NCBI GenBank assembly: GCA_965221125.1
Contig: CBDCRW010000006.1
Span: 256,001-320,000 of the forward strand
Length of the DNA: 64,000 nucleotides
Direction: 5' to 3'
Source: Alphaproteobacteria bacterium
GTDB lineage: Bacteria > Pseudomonadota > Alphaproteobacteria > UBA828
The stretch's first letter is position 1; every line of letters starts with the position of its first letter. A model generated the notes under the pieces. It saw only the letters and a list, made by a program, of their open reading frames with translations, made no database searches and had not been told where the DNA came from. The position numbers were made by a program, and so were the translations under genes. Shown one piece after another: positions 1 through 11,906 of this stretch.

Positions 1-1311
1 CTCATGGTGATCCGCCCCGACGCGGCGGACGAGGCGAGGGCGGTCTTCGAGAGGTGGGGTATCGACTTCGCCGTCATCGGCCGGGTGACGGAGACGGGCC
101 GCCTCGTGCTGAAGGCGCGCGGCGCCGTGGTGGGCGACCTGCCGGTGCGCCCGCTGGTGGACGAGGCGCCCGTCTACGAGCGGCCCTACGAACTCACGCC
201 GAGGCCCGCGCCGCTGGCCGTGGCGCCGGACGGCGAAGCGCCCGATGCGTTAGACGCGCTGCAGAAGCTCCTCGCCGCGCCCGATCTCTGCTCCAAGCGC
301 TGGATCTGGGAGCAGTACGACCACATGGTGATGGCTGACACGGTGCAGCCGCCGGGCGGCGACGCGGCCGTGGTGCGCGTCCACGGCACGCGCAAGGGCC
401 TCGCGCTGACCGCCGACTGCACACCGCGTTACTGCGCCGCCGATCCCGCCTCGGGCGGGGCGCAGGCGGTGGCGGAGGCGTGGCGCAACCTCACGGCGGT
501 GGGGGCGCGGCCATTGGCTATCACCGATTGCCTCAACTTCGGCAACCCCGAGCGGGCGCACGTCATGGGCCAGTTCGCGGGTTGCATCGAGGGCATGGCC
601 GAAGCCTGCCGGGCGCTGGAATTCCCGGTCGTCTCCGGCAACGTCTCCTTTTACAACGAGACCGAGGGCACCGGCATCCTGCCGACGCCGCAGATCGGCG
701 GCCTCGGCCTCATCGCCGATCTCGAGCGGATGTGCGACCCCGCATTCAAGGCGGCGGACGAGACGCTGCTGCTGGTGGGCGACGGCGGCGGCCATCTCGC
801 CCGCTCTCTCTACCAGCGCGAGATCGAGGGCAGGGAGGAGGGGTCGCCGCCTGCGGTCGACCTTGCTGCCGAGCGGCGCCACGGCGATTTCGTGCGGCGC
901 CAGATCGAGGCGGGGCGCATCTCCGCCTGCCACGACATCTCCGATGGCGGCCTCCTGGTGGCGCTGGCCGAGATGGCGCTGGCGGCGCTGGACGCGGGCC
1001 GCACCATCGGCGCCCGGATCGCCGTGCCGGCCGACGTGCCGAATACCGCCGGCTGGCTCTTCGGCGAGGACCAGGCACGCTACCTGCTCAGCGCACCTGC
1101 GGCACATGCCGAAGCGCTTGTCGCGGAGGCCGAGAGCGCCGGCGTTCCAGTCTCGGCCATAGGCGTCACGGGCGGGGCCGCGTTGACAGTGGAGGGCGCA
1201 AGTGCCATATCGATAGCGGCGCTCCGCCGCATCCACGAAGCGTGGCTGCCGGCCTACATGGCCGGCGAGGCGGGGTCGAGCGCCGAGGCAACCATCCGAG
1301 ATTCCGTCTGA
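1..1311 (+). CDS. purL: Phosphoribosylformylglycinamidine synthase subunit PurL, 5'-truncated by window edge
   Basis: Motifs SKRWIWEQYDHMV, AITDCLNFGNPE, VVSGNVSFYNET, HDISDGGL, LFGEDQARY. Confidence 0.97.
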   Translation, partial: LMVIRPDAADEARAVFERWGIDFAVIGRVTETGRLVLKARGAVVGDLPVRPLVDEAPVYERPYELTPRPAPLAVAPDGEAPDALDALQKLLAAPDLCSKRWIWEQYDHMVMADTVQPPGGDAAVVRVHGTRKGLALTADCTPRYCAADPASGGAQAVAEAWRNLTAVGARPLAITDCLNFGNPERAHVMGQFAGCIEGMAEACRALEFPVVSGNVSFYNETEGTGILPTPQIGGLGLIADLERMCDPAFKAADETLLLVGDGGGHLARSLYQREIEGREEGSPPAVDLAAERRHGDFVRRQIEAGRISACHDISDGGLLVALAEMALAALDAGRTIGARIAVPADVPNTAGWLFGEDQARYLLSAPAAHAEALVAEAESAGVPVSAIGVTGGAALTVEGASAISIAALRRIHEAWLPAYMAGEAGSSAEATIRDSV

Positions 1312-1322
1312 GAGCGCCGCCG

Positions 1323-1562
1323 ATGCCCATGGACATGCAGGAGATCGAGCAACTCATCCGCGAGGCGTTGCCGGATGCCCAGATCCATATCGACGATCTG
1401 CGTGGCGACGGCGACCATTACGCGGCGCGGGTGGTCTCGGCCTCGTTCGAGGGCAAGTCGCGGGTGGAGCAGCATCAGATGGTCTACCGCGCGCTGCGCG
1501 GGCGCATGGGCGATCAGCTGCACGCGCTCGCGCTTCAAACCAGCGTCCCGACGGACGCCTAA
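1323..1562 (+). CDS. bolA: BolA/IbaG family protein
   Basis: C-terminal 79 aa of ORF 480..1562: MPMDMQEIEQLI...DLRGDGDHY...SRVEQHQMVY...LHALALQT; purL-bolA-grxD synteny. Confidence 0.93.
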   Translation: MPMDMQEIEQLIREALPDAQIHIDDLRGDGDHYAARVVSASFEGKSRVEQHQMVYRALRGRMGDQLHALALQTSVPTDA

Positions 1563-1589
1563 CGTACTGATAATGAGAGGGGATTTCTC

Positions 1590-1943
1590 ATGATGGAGGC
1601 CGCGACCAGCGCCCCGGTCGAGAACCGCATCAGGGGCCTCATCGACGAGAACGATGTCGTCCTGTTCATGAAAGGGACGCCCGTGTTCCCGCAGTGCGGG
1701 TTCTCCGCCACGGTGGTGCAGATGCTCTCGCTGCTTGGCGTGCGCTTCAAGGGCTTCGACGTGCTCGAGGACCCGGAGGTCCGCCAGGGGATCAAGCGCT
1801 TCAGCGACTGGCCGACGATCCCGCAACTCTACGTCAAGGGCGAGTTCGTGGGCGGCTGCGACATCGTCCGCGAGATGTACGAGACCGGCGAGCTTTCGGA
1901 GTTTTTGAGCACCAGGGGCGTCAGCGTCGAGCCCCGCGTTTGA
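1590..1943 (+). CDS. grxD: Monothiol glutaredoxin Grx4
   Basis: [32 protein letters not shown]. Confidence 0.96.
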   Translation: MMEAATSAPVENRIRGLIDENDVVLFMKGTPVFPQCGFSATVVQMLSLLGVRFKGFDVLEDPEVRQGIKRFSDWPTIPQLYVKGEFVGGCDIVREMYETGELSEFLSTRGVSVEPRV

Positions 1944-2284
1944 CCCCACCGCCGCCGGCGGCGATCGCCAGCTACCACGCCCACGTCTATTACGAGCCGG
2001 CGACGCGGCAGAGCGCCGCACAGGTGAGGACCGGCCTGATCGCGCGCTTCGAGATCAGGCTCGGGCGCTGGCGCGACAAGCTCGTGGGGCCGCATCCGAT
2101 GCACATGTTCCAGGTGGCCTTCGAGCCGGACCTGTTCCTTGAGGTCGTGCCCTGGCTCATGCTGAACCGCCGGGGGCACTCGGTGCTGGTCCACCCGAAC
2201 ACCGGCGACGACCTCGCCGATCACCGCGACTACCCGCTCTGGCTCGGCGAGCGGCTCGCCCTCGACTTCAGCGTGTTCGATTGA
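1940..2284 (+). CDS. DOPA 4,5-dioxygenase family protein
   Basis: [35 protein letters not shown]; TTG start overlaps grxD TGA; start uncertain. Confidence 0.85.
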   Translation: MTPPPPAAIASYHAHVYYEPATRQSAAQVRTGLIARFEIRLGRWRDKLVGPHPMHMFQVAFEPDLFLEVVPWLMLNRRGHSVLVHPNTGDDLADHRDYPLWLGERLALDFSVFD

Positions 2285-2312
2285 CGTGACCGCCAAGCAC
2301 CAGGAGACGCAC

Positions 2313-2444
2313 TTGTCTGACCAGCCCGGTCAAGCTCCTGCTCGGGCGCCGTCGTTGGCGGAGGTGCTGGCGGGGCTGAAGCCACTCGACGAGGACATCC
2401 CGGAAATCGACGATTCGCCGACGGAGCCCGAGGACCCTCTTTAG
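2313..2444 (+). CDS. 43-aa acidic micro-ORF resembling the C-terminal tail of VapB-type antitoxins (possible remnant)
   Basis: AGGAG at 2302-2306, TTG start, MSDQPGQAPARAPSLAEVLAGLKPLDEDIPEIDDSPTEPEDPL; below ORF-track cutoff. Confidence 0.45.
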   Translation: MSDQPGQAPARAPSLAEVLAGLKPLDEDIPEIDDSPTEPEDPL

Positions 2445-2474
2445 CCGGTCCACGCGGTGAGCCGGGTTAGGCCC

Positions 2475-3062
2475 TCAGCGCTCCAGCCAAAGGTCGGCCA
2501 CGGGGCCGCTGCCGCCGGCGAGCGGATCGGTCTCGGGCAGGGGGACGGCGGCGACGGAGGCCCTGATCGCGGCCATCTCCGCGTCGCCCACGACCTTCAA
2601 TTCCAGGCCCTCGGTATCGTCCCGCGCGCTGGAGACTACTGCGTCCTGGTCCGACAGCACGCAGAGGTCCGGCTGCTGCCCCGGCGGGTAGGCGCCGACG
2701 CTGACGTAGCCCGGCTTGTCGTCGAGGCGGGCATGGGCCACACCGGCGGGGATCAGCACGGCATCGCCCGCCTGCACGTCCACCACCGGCCCTTGCGGCC
2801 CGCCGAACTGGAGCCGTGCGCGCCCTCGCGCGCAGCCCACGACCTCGTGGGCGATGGAGTGGTAGTGGTGGAAGGGGAAGGTATCGCCGCGGAAGCCGTC
2901 GCCCCAGCCGTTGGCGCCGAAGTGGCGCTCGACGGCGGCCTCCGGCTCCTCACCGCCGACGTCGATGGCGCCCCGATAGACGATGAGCGGCAGCGCCCCG
3001 TTGTTGGGGCTCGTGCCGGCTTCCTTCAGCAGATGATGCTCGAATGCCAACGTGCCCATCAC
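2475..3062 (-). CDS. YjlB-like cupin domain protein
   Basis: PNN..LPLIVYR, FHHYHSIAHEV, GGPQG, IPAGVAH, VGAYPPGQ. Confidence 0.88.
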   Translation of the reverse strand: MMGTLAFEHHLLKEAGTSPNNGALPLIVYRGAIDVGGEEPEAAVERHFGANGWGDGFRGDTFPFHHYHSIAHEVVGCARGRARLQFGGPQGPVVDVQAGDAVLIPAGVAHARLDDKPGYVSVGAYPPGQQPDLCVLSDQDAVVSSARDDTEGLELKVVGDAEMAAIRASVAAVPLPETDPLAGGSGPVADLWLER

Positions 3063-3155
3063 GCTCCTCCCTTGCCCTCATGGCCTGAGGGCAGACAAAA
3101 GCGGGGATGAGGCGCCCTGTCAATCGGCAGGGCAGGGGAGCGCGCGGGGCGGCGC

Positions 3156-3770
3156 CTAGCGCGAGTAGTACTCGATGACGAGGTTGGGCTCCATCGTCAC
3201 CGGGTAGGGCACGTCTGCGAGCTTCGGCGCGCGGATGTAGCGCCCCTCCATCCGGTCGTGATCGACCTCCAGATAGTCGGGCACGTCGCGCTCCGGGGAA
3301 TCGATCGCCTCAAGCACCAGCGGAAGCTGCTTGGAGCGCTCCCGCACCGTGATGCGGTCCTCGTCCTTCACCAGGTAGCTCGGGATCGTCACCCGGCGGC
3401 CGTTGACCAGGATGTGGCCGTGGCTCACGAACTGCCGCGCCGCGAACACGGTCGGCACGAACTTCATCCGGTAGACGACGGCATCGAGGCGCCGCTCCAG
3501 CAGGCCGATGAGGTTCTCGCCGGTGTCGCCCTTGCGGTCGCCGGCGATGTGGTAGTAGCGGCGGAACTGCTTCTCGGTGATGTTGCCGTAGTAGCCGCGC
3601 AGGCGCTGCTTGGCCGAGAGCTGCACCCCGAAATCCGACGGCTTGCGCCGGCGCTGGCCGTGCTGCCCCGGCCCGTAGTCGCGCCGGTTGGTCGGGCTCT
3701 TGGGGCGGCCCCAGAGGTTGACCCCGAGGCGGCGGCATATCTTGTATTTCGACTGCTGTCGTTTGCTCAT
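3156..3770 (-). CDS. rpsD: 30S ribosomal protein S4
   Basis: [43 protein letters not shown]. Confidence 0.98.
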   Translation of the reverse strand: MSKRQQSKYKICRRLGVNLWGRPKSPTNRRDYGPGQHGQRRRKPSDFGVQLSAKQRLRGYYGNITEKQFRRYYHIAGDRKGDTGENLIGLLERRLDAVVYRMKFVPTVFAARQFVSHGHILVNGRRVTIPSYLVKDEDRITVRERSKQLPLVLEAIDSPERDVPDYLEVDHDRMEGRYIRAPKLADVPYPVTMEPNLVIEYYSR

Positions 3771-3830
3771 CGTGCCCGTGCCGGTGGGAGAATCGCGTTT
3801 GCTCGCGGCCTCCGGCGGCGAGCCGGGCGC

Positions 3831-3858
3831 ACTATAGCCGCCGCCGGTGCGGTGTCAA
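3831..3858 (-). promoter_or_regulatory. Putative sigma70 promoter of rpsD
   Basis: Minus strand TTGACA-N16-TATAGT about 60 nt upstream of the rpsD start. Confidence 0.55.
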
Positions 3859-4664
3859 TCGACCGAATGTGGCGTCTCGCGCCGAGGCTGCCCGCCGGTG
3901 AGCGCACGCACGACGCCGCGCAGCGTCTGCACGTCCTGGCGGGTGAGCGAGACGCGCTCGAACATGGTTCGCATGTTGAGCACCATGCGGGGCCGCATCT
4001 CGGCCGTCGGGAAGAAGCCGCGATCATCGAGCGCGCCTTCCAGATGCTCGAAGAAGTGCAGGACTTCCTCCTTCGTGGCGGGCCGGGTGCTCCCGGTCGG
4101 CGGCGGTGGCTCCTCGACCTCCTCCAGCGGACCACTGGCGAGGCGCCATTCGTAGGCCATGATGAGCACCGCCTGCGCCAGGTTGAGCGAGGCGAAGGCG
4201 GGGTTGAGCGGGATGCGGACGATGGCGTCGGCGAGCACCAGCTCCTCGTTCCTGAGGCCGGCCTTCTCCGGCCCGAAGAGCAGGCCTAGGCGCGCGCCGC
4301 CGTCGGCCGCGTTTCGCATGGCGGTCACAGCCGCACGCGGCGCAAGCTCTGGTTTCAACAGTTCTCGCGGGCGTGCCGTGGTGGCGTGGACGACGTTGAG
4401 ATCGGCCACGGCCTCCTCGACGGTTGCATAAACGCGGGTGCCGTTCAGCACCGCATCGGCGCCCGAGGCCGCGCCGAGGGCCTTGACGTTGGGCCAGCCG
4501 TCGCGGGGCTGGACCAGGCGCAGGTCGGCAAGGCCGCAGTTCAGCATGGCGCGGGCGGCGGCGCCGATGTTCTCGCCGAGCTGGGTGCGCACGAGGATGA
4601 CCGCCGGCGCTCCCTTCTCGACATGGGCCGCCGCGCGGCTTTTGCGCCGGTCGGTCCCCGCCAC
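3855..4664 (-). CDS. trmJ: TrmJ/TrmH-family SPOUT RNA methyltransferase
   Basis: ENIGAAARAMLNCG, LFGPEKAGLRNEE, SLNLAQAV. Confidence 0.88.
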   Translation of the reverse strand: MAGTDRRKSRAAAHVEKGAPAVILVRTQLGENIGAAARAMLNCGLADLRLVQPRDGWPNVKALGAASGADAVLNGTRVYATVEEAVADLNVVHATTARPRELLKPELAPRAAVTAMRNAADGGARLGLLFGPEKAGLRNEELVLADAIVRIPLNPAFASLNLAQAVLIMAYEWRLASGPLEEVEEPPPPTGSTRPATKEEVLHFFEHLEGALDDRGFFPTAEMRPRMVLNMRTMFERVSLTRQDVQTLRGVVRALTGGQPRRETPHSVD

Positions 4665-4678
4665 GGCTCAGACCCTGG

Positions 4679-6058
<1,380 letters not shown>

Positions 6059-6061
6059 GGC

Positions 6062-7723
6062 TCAGCCGGCCCCGCGATAGCGGTTGGTGATGGGGTAGCG
6101 CCGGTCCTTGCCGAAGGAGCGCAGCGTAAGCTTGATGCCGGGCGGCGCCTGCCTGCGCTTGTACTCGGCGATGTCGAGCATGCGCCAGATGCGCTCGGCG
6201 GTCTCCGCCGCGTGGCCGCGGGCGACGATTTCCGCTGTCGAGCGCTCCTCCTCCACGAGGCCGCGCAGCACGTCGTCGAGCACGTCGTAGGGGGGCAGCG
6301 TGTCCTGGTCCGTCTGGTCGGGGCGCAGCTCCGCGCTCGGCGGCTTGTCGATGATCGCTTCGGGAATCACCGACCCCCGCGGTCCCTTGAGCCCCTCCAT
6401 CCAGTTCCGGTTGCGCCAGCGCGCCATCTCGAACACGGCGGTCTTGTAGACGTCCTTCAGGACCGAATAGCCGCCGCACATGTCGCCGTAGAGCGTGGCG
6501 TAGCCCACCGACATCTCCGACTTGTTGCCGGTGGTGAGCACCATGTGGCCGAGCTTGTTGCTGATCGCCATCAGGATGACGCCGCGCACCCGCGCCTGGA
6601 TGTTCTCCTCGGTCTCGTCGGCGTCGCGGCCTTTGAAGAGCGCGGAGAGCATGCCATCCATCGCGTCCACCGCCGGCTCGATCCCCACCACCTCGTAGCG
6701 GACGCCGAGCAGGCGCGCGCACCCTGCGGCGTCGTCGAGGGAGGATTGCGCGGTGTAGCGCGACGGCATGGCGACGCAGAGGACGCGGTCCGCGCCCAGC
6801 GCATCGACGGCAACGGCAGCCGTCAGCGCCGAATCGATGCCGCCGGAAAGCCCGATCAGCACGCCGGGGAAGCCGTTCTTGCCGACGTAGTCGGCGAGCC
6901 CCACCGTCATGGCGCGATAGGTGGCGGCGTGGCCCTCCGGCAACGCGGCGCGCGGGCCCGGCGCGCAGGCCCAGCCGTCGCCCTCGCGCGACCAGCGGGT
7001 GAGGGTGAGCGATTCCTCGAAGGCCGGCGCCTGGGCGGCGAGGCTGTTGTCGGCGTTGAGCACGAACGAGGCGCCGTCGAAGACAAGCTCGTCCTGTCCG
7101 CCCACCTGGTTCGCGTAGATCAGCGGCAGCTCCGTCTCGCCGATGCGGGCGACGGCGAGGTTGAGCCGCGTGTCGCCCTTGTCGCTCTCGAAGGGCGAGC
7201 CGTTGATCGCGATCATGATCTCGGCGCCCGATTCCGCGAGGCACTCGGCGACGTCCGGGAACCACATGTCCTCGCAGATCATGACGCCGAGGCGGACGCC
7301 GCGGAACGGGATCGGTCCGGGCAGGCCTGCGCGCGCGAACACCCGTACCTCGTCGAAGACCCCGTAGTTGGGGAGCTCGTACTTGTATCGGTGCGCTGCG
7401 ACCGCGCCGCCTTCGAGCAGGAGCGCGGCGTTGTACAGCTTGCCGTCGTCGACCCAGGGCGCGCCCAGGAGGAGCGCCGGGCCGCCGTCTGCGGTCGCCG
7501 CCGCGAGAACCTCGACGACGGCGCGCGTCTGCTCCTGGAACATTGGCTTCAGCACGAGGTCCTCGGGCGGATAGCCGGTCACCACCAGCTCGGTGCAGAC
7601 CACGAGATCAGCGCCTTGGGCCGCAGCCTCGGCGCGGGCGCGGAGGATGAGCGCCTTGTTGCCCTCCAGGTCGCCCACGGTGGGGTTGAGCTGGGCGAGC
7701 GCGATGGTGAGCGTGTCGGTCAT
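6062..7723 (-). CDS. nadE: Glutamine-dependent NAD+ synthetase
   Basis: Nitrilase domain (ELVVTGYPPEDL, ICEDMW) plus GLSGGIDS, TGNKSE, PSAEL, EYKRRQ; start set at MTDTLTIALAQ. Confidence 0.95.
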   Translation of the reverse strand: MTDTLTIALAQLNPTVGDLEGNKALILRARAEAAAQGADLVVCTELVVTGYPPEDLVLKPMFQEQTRAVVEVLAAATADGGPALLLGAPWVDDGKLYNAALLLEGGAVAAHRYKYELPNYGVFDEVRVFARAGLPGPIPFRGVRLGVMICEDMWFPDVAECLAESGAEIMIAINGSPFESDKGDTRLNLAVARIGETELPLIYANQVGGQDELVFDGASFVLNADNSLAAQAPAFEESLTLTRWSREGDGWACAPGPRAALPEGHAATYRAMTVGLADYVGKNGFPGVLIGLSGGIDSALTAAVAVDALGADRVLCVAMPSRYTAQSSLDDAAGCARLLGVRYEVVGIEPAVDAMDGMLSALFKGRDADETEENIQARVRGVILMAISNKLGHMVLTTGNKSEMSVGYATLYGDMCGGYSVLKDVYKTAVFEMARWRNRNWMEGLKGPRGSVIPEAIIDKPPSAELRPDQTDQDTLPPYDVLDDVLRGLVEEERSTAEIVARGHAAETAERIWRMLDIAEYKRRQAPPGIKLTLRSFGKDRRYPITNRYRGAG

Positions 7724-7768
7724 GGTCGAGTGAACATCAGTGGAGGTGCCGGCGGCCACCGGCGCGCC

Positions 7769-8926
7769 CTATCGAGATCGGGATGAGTCGTCTTCGCCAT
7801 TGCGCAGCAGGAACTCGCGGCCGAGCTTGACCCGGGCGGTGCCGTCGTAATCGATGATATCCGCCGTCGCAAATGTCTCGGACCAGTTCTCGGGCAGGAA
7901 CGAGCCCGTGCCGATCACGTCGATCGGCGCATTCACGCTGGCCATGACCTTGCACTTCGCGGGGCTGAAGCCGGAGCTTGCGACGATCTTCACCTTCTCG
8001 AAGCCCGCATCGTCGAGCGCGGCCCGCAGGTGGAAGAGCGCCGCTGCGCTCACGCCCGTGCCGTTGAGCCAGCGCAGCTCGGCCTCGGTGCGGTACTCGC
8101 GGACGGCATTCGGGCTGTAACGCTCGAGCACCGCATACGACTCCGCCATGTCCAGGCCTTCGACGTAGCGGCTGCCGTGCGTGTCCAGGCGGATGCTCAG
8201 TTCTCCGCGTTCGACAAGCTCGGGGAAGCGCCGGCAGACGGCGAGCGTGTCGGTGATTTCCTGCCCGTAATAGTCGACGAGCACGGTCATCGGCTCGCCC
8301 TCGAAGATCTCGTGGTACATCTCCGCGGCGCGCAGCGTGGAGCCCGCGTAGCCGATGAAGGCGTGGGGCATGGTGCCGTAGCCCCGCTGATTGCCGAAAT
8401 AGTGCGCGGTCGCGTCGGTGGCGTTGCCGATGAAGCCGGTGGCGCCGCATTCCTCCTTCGCGGCCTTGGAGCCGACGCTCGCGGCGTAGGCCATCATCTC
8501 GGCCATCTCCAGGCCGGCGCAGTGGCGCGCGTCCATCGCCAGGAACCCGACCCTGGGCAGGGTCCGTGCCATGGCGTAGGCGTTGTATGCGGCGACGCAG
8601 CAGGCGCCGAGGCGCTGCAGGTAGAGGGTTTCGAGATCGACGAGATGGCGGAACGAGCCCGAGAGATAGACCAGCGGCTCGCCGGCGCCGACCCACTCGC
8701 CTTCCTCGAACTGGCAGTTGATGGCGAATTCGGTATCGCGCTCCGCCGCCACCGCCTCCAGCCACTCGATCATCAGGCGGGGCGCGAAACAGACCGGCCG
8801 CCTCAGGAACAGCGCGTAGGTGACCCGGGCGTCGCCGAAGCGCCCGATCGCCTTGCGCGTCCGCGTGAAGTAGTGGTCCGTGTAGCGGGCGACCTCGCGG
8901 TCGCGCGGTCCGTTGTGGGTCAACAT
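7769..8926 (-). CDS. Nicotinate phosphoribosyltransferase-family protein
   Basis: YTDHYF, GTMPHA, TVLVDY, IRLDT, KIVASSGF; directly upstream of nadE. Confidence 0.82.
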   Translation of the reverse strand: MLTHNGPRDREVARYTDHYFTRTRKAIGRFGDARVTYALFLRRPVCFAPRLMIEWLEAVAAERDTEFAINCQFEEGEWVGAGEPLVYLSGSFRHLVDLETLYLQRLGACCVAAYNAYAMARTLPRVGFLAMDARHCAGLEMAEMMAYAASVGSKAAKEECGATGFIGNATDATAHYFGNQRGYGTMPHAFIGYAGSTLRAAEMYHEIFEGEPMTVLVDYYGQEITDTLAVCRRFPELVERGELSIRLDTHGSRYVEGLDMAESYAVLERYSPNAVREYRTEAELRWLNGTGVSAAALFHLRAALDDAGFEKVKIVASSGFSPAKCKVMASVNAPIDVIGTGSFLPENWSETFATADIIDYDGTARVKLGREFLLRNGEDDSSRSR

Positions 8927-8942
8927 CGCGACCCCGGATCGC

Positions 8943-10325
8943 CTAGCCGTGCAGCGCCTGCGGCTGCACTGTGGACGCCCGTTCCTCCCTCAGGTGCTCC
9001 GCGATGAGGAAGGCGAGCTCCAACGCCTGCGAGGCGTTGAGCCTCGGGTCGCAATGGGTGTGGTAGCGATTGGAGAGATCCTCCTCGGTGATCGCCTGGG
9101 CACCGCCGAGGCATTCGGTCACGTCCTGGCCGGTCATCTCGAAATGGACGCCGCCGGGGTGCGCGCCCTCGGCCCGGTGTACCGCGAAGAAGCCCCGCAC
9201 CTCCGCCATGACCTGGTCAAATATGCGGGTCTTGTAGCCGTTGGAGGACTTTATCGTGTTGCCGTGCATGGGGTCGCAGGCCCAGACCACGTGGCGGCCT
9301 TCCCGTTCGACCACGCGCACGAGGGGCGGCAGCTTGGCCTCGATGGCCGCGTGGCCCATGCGCGTGATGACCGTGAGCTTGCCCGGCTCGTTGCGCGGAT
9401 TGAGCCGGTCGATGAGACCGAGCAGGTCATCCGGCTCGAGGGTGGGACCCGCCTTGAGCCCCAGTGGATTGCCGACGCCGCTCAGGAAGTCGACATGCGC
9501 GCCGTCCGCCTGGCGCGTGCGGTCGCCGATCCAGAGCATGTGTGCTGAGCAGTCGTACCAGCCGCCGGTGGTCGAATCGATCCTGGTCAGCGCCTGCTCG
9601 TATTCCAGCAGCAGGGCTTCGTGCGAGGTGTAGAACTCGGTCTCGCGAATCTGCGGCGAGGTTGCCTCGGTGAGCCCGCACGCCGCCATGAAATCGAGAG
9701 TGTCCCCGATCTGATTGGCCAGCGCCTCGTAGCGTGCGCCCTGCGTGCTCTCGGCGACGAAGCCGAGGTTCCAGCGGTGCACGGCGTGGAGGTCCGCGTA
9801 GCCGCCCTGGGCCAGCGCGCGCAGCAGGTTGAGCGTTGACGCGGACTGGCCGTAGGCGCGAAGCAGACGCTGCGGCTCCGGCGCCCGCGCCTCCTCGTCG
9901 AAGGCCATGCCGTTGACCATGTCGCCGCGGTAGGCGGGGAGCGTGATGCCGTCCACGGTCTCGGTGTCCGACGAGCGGGGCTTGGCGAACTGGCCCGCAA
10001 GGCGCCCCACCTTCACCACCGGGAGCTTGGCGCCGTAGGTGAGCACCACCGCCATCTGCAGCAGGACGCGGAAGGTGTCGCGCACCGTGTCGGGATGGAA
10101 CTCGGCGAAGCTCTCGGCGCAGTCGCCGCCCTGCAGCAGGAAGGCCCTGCCTTCGCAGACCCGCGCCAGGCGCTCCTGCAGCCTGCGCGCCTCGCCGGCG
10201 AACACCAGCGGGGGCGAGGTCTCGAGGCGCTCCTTGGCCGAGGCGAGCGCAGCCGCATCGGGCCACGTCGGCTGCTGCTTGATCGGCAGCCCTCGCCAAC
10301 GGCCGGGATGCCACGTGCCGGGCAT
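8943..10325 (-). CDS. Class II DAHP synthase
   Basis: [52 protein letters not shown]. Confidence 0.95.
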   Translation of the reverse strand: MPGTWHPGRWRGLPIKQQPTWPDAAALASAKERLETSPPLVFAGEARRLQERLARVCEGRAFLLQGGDCAESFAEFHPDTVRDTFRVLLQMAVVLTYGAKLPVVKVGRLAGQFAKPRSSDTETVDGITLPAYRGDMVNGMAFDEEARAPEPQRLLRAYGQSASTLNLLRALAQGGYADLHAVHRWNLGFVAESTQGARYEALANQIGDTLDFMAACGLTEATSPQIRETEFYTSHEALLLEYEQALTRIDSTTGGWYDCSAHMLWIGDRTRQADGAHVDFLSGVGNPLGLKAGPTLEPDDLLGLIDRLNPRNEPGKLTVITRMGHAAIEAKLPPLVRVVEREGRHVVWACDPMHGNTIKSSNGYKTRIFDQVMAEVRGFFAVHRAEGAHPGGVHFEMTGQDVTECLGGAQAITEEDLSNRYHTHCDPRLNASQALELAFLIAEHLREERASTVQPQALHG

Positions 10326-10434
10326 GTCGTACTCCCGCGGATTTATGTCGTTGTGGCCGTGCTATACGCCCGAACCGGCCGTCTTGCCAGCATTTTCCAC
10401 AGCCCCACGATGGCGGCTGCCGGCCGACCTGAAC

Positions 10435-11802
10435 CTACGCAGCCTGGGTGGCGGTCTCCGGCACCGGCTCGTACATGGTGACGAACTCTTCCGCCGCGGT
10501 CGGGTGGACTGCCATGGTGGCGTCGAACTGCGCCTTGGTCGCCCCGGCCTTGACGGCGATCCCGAGCAGTTGCACTGCTTCCCCGGCACCATCGCCCACC
10601 ATGTGGCAGCCCACCACACGGTCGGAAGCACGGTCGACGACGAGCTTCATGAAGACGGTCTCTTCCCGCCCGGTGAGCGTGTGCTTGAGCGGGCGGAAGC
10701 GCGTCTTGTAGATGTCCAGCGCGGGGAAGGCTTGGCGGGCCTCCTCCTCGGTCAGCCCCACGGTGCCGAGCTCCGGCGTGGTGAAGACGGCCGTCGCGAC
10801 ATCGCGGTGGTCGGGCGTTTGCGGGTTGTCGTTGTAGAGGGTCTCCGCGATGCAGCGGCCCTCGTGGATCGCCACCGGCGTCAGGTTGATGCGGTCGGTG
10901 ACGTCGCCCACGGCATAGATGCCGGCGACGCCCGTGTGCGAGTCGGCGTCGACCGGGATGGCGCCGCCTCGGGTGGTCTCGATGCCCGCGCTCTCCAGCC
11001 CGAGACCGGCGACGTTGGGCTTGCGTCCGGTGGCGAACAGCACCTGATCCGCCTCGACGACCTCGCCCGTCGTGGTCGCGACCGCGATGGCCGTTCCCGC
11101 GCGGGCAAGGGCGGTTGCGTTGACGTTGAGGCGCAGATCGACCCCGCCCTTGCGCATCTCCTCGGAGAGCACCTCGCGCAGGTCCTGGTCGAAGCCGCGC
11201 AGCGGCAGCTCGCCCCGGTAGAGCTGGGTCACCTGTGCGCCCAGCCCCTGCATGATGCAGGCGAACTCGCAGGCGACGTAGCCGCCGCCCACGATCACGA
11301 CGCGCTCGGGGAACGTGGGCAGGTCGAACATCGCGTCGGAGCTCACGGCGAGCTCGATGCCGGGGATGTCGGGCATCGTCGGCCGGCCGCCGGTCGCGAT
11401 CACGATGGTCTCGGCGCGGTGCTGCTCGTCTCCCACCGCGACCGTGTGGGCGTCCAGCATGCGGCCCGTGCCTCTGATCACGGCGGCACCCGAGTTGTCC
11501 AGGAGGCGCCCGTAGATACCCTCCAGCCGGTCGAGCTCCGCGACCTTGGCCCGGACCATTTCCGACCAGTCGAAGGAGCGCGCGCCGACGGTCCAGCCGT
11601 AGCCCGCGGCGTCCTCGAAGTCGTGGCTGAAGTGAGACGCGTAGACGAGCATCTTCTTGGGGATGCAGCCGCGATGCACGCAGGTGCCGCCCAAACGGTC
11701 GTTCTCGATGACGCCTGCGCGCGCGCCGTAGCCTGCCGCGCGTCTGGCGCAGGCCACGCCGCCCGAGCCGCCGCCAATCACCAGAAGGTCGAAATCCGCC
11801 AT
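10435..11802 (-). CDS. gor: Glutathione-disulfide reductase
   Basis: GGGSGG, GGTCVHRGCIPKK, LTPVAI, HPTAAEE; start set at MADFDLLVIG. Confidence 0.94.
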   Translation of the reverse strand: MADFDLLVIGGGSGGVACARRAAGYGARAGVIENDRLGGTCVHRGCIPKKMLVYASHFSHDFEDAAGYGWTVGARSFDWSEMVRAKVAELDRLEGIYGRLLDNSGAAVIRGTGRMLDAHTVAVGDEQHRAETIVIATGGRPTMPDIPGIELAVSSDAMFDLPTFPERVVIVGGGYVACEFACIMQGLGAQVTQLYRGELPLRGFDQDLREVLSEEMRKGGVDLRLNVNATALARAGTAIAVATTTGEVVEADQVLFATGRKPNVAGLGLESAGIETTRGGAIPVDADSHTGVAGIYAVGDVTDRINLTPVAIHEGRCIAETLYNDNPQTPDHRDVATAVFTTPELGTVGLTEEEARQAFPALDIYKTRFRPLKHTLTGREETVFMKLVVDRASDRVVGCHMVGDGAGEAVQLLGIAVKAGATKAQFDATMAVHPTAAEEFVTMYEPVPETATQAA

Positions 11803-11906
11803 CAGTCCCTCTCGTTTCGAGAGTTGCCACATCCGGTTTCCCAGCGACCACGGCTCGTGCCGAGCGGTACAGGCGCACACACCTGTGCCGCATGGCCGAG
11901 AGACGG

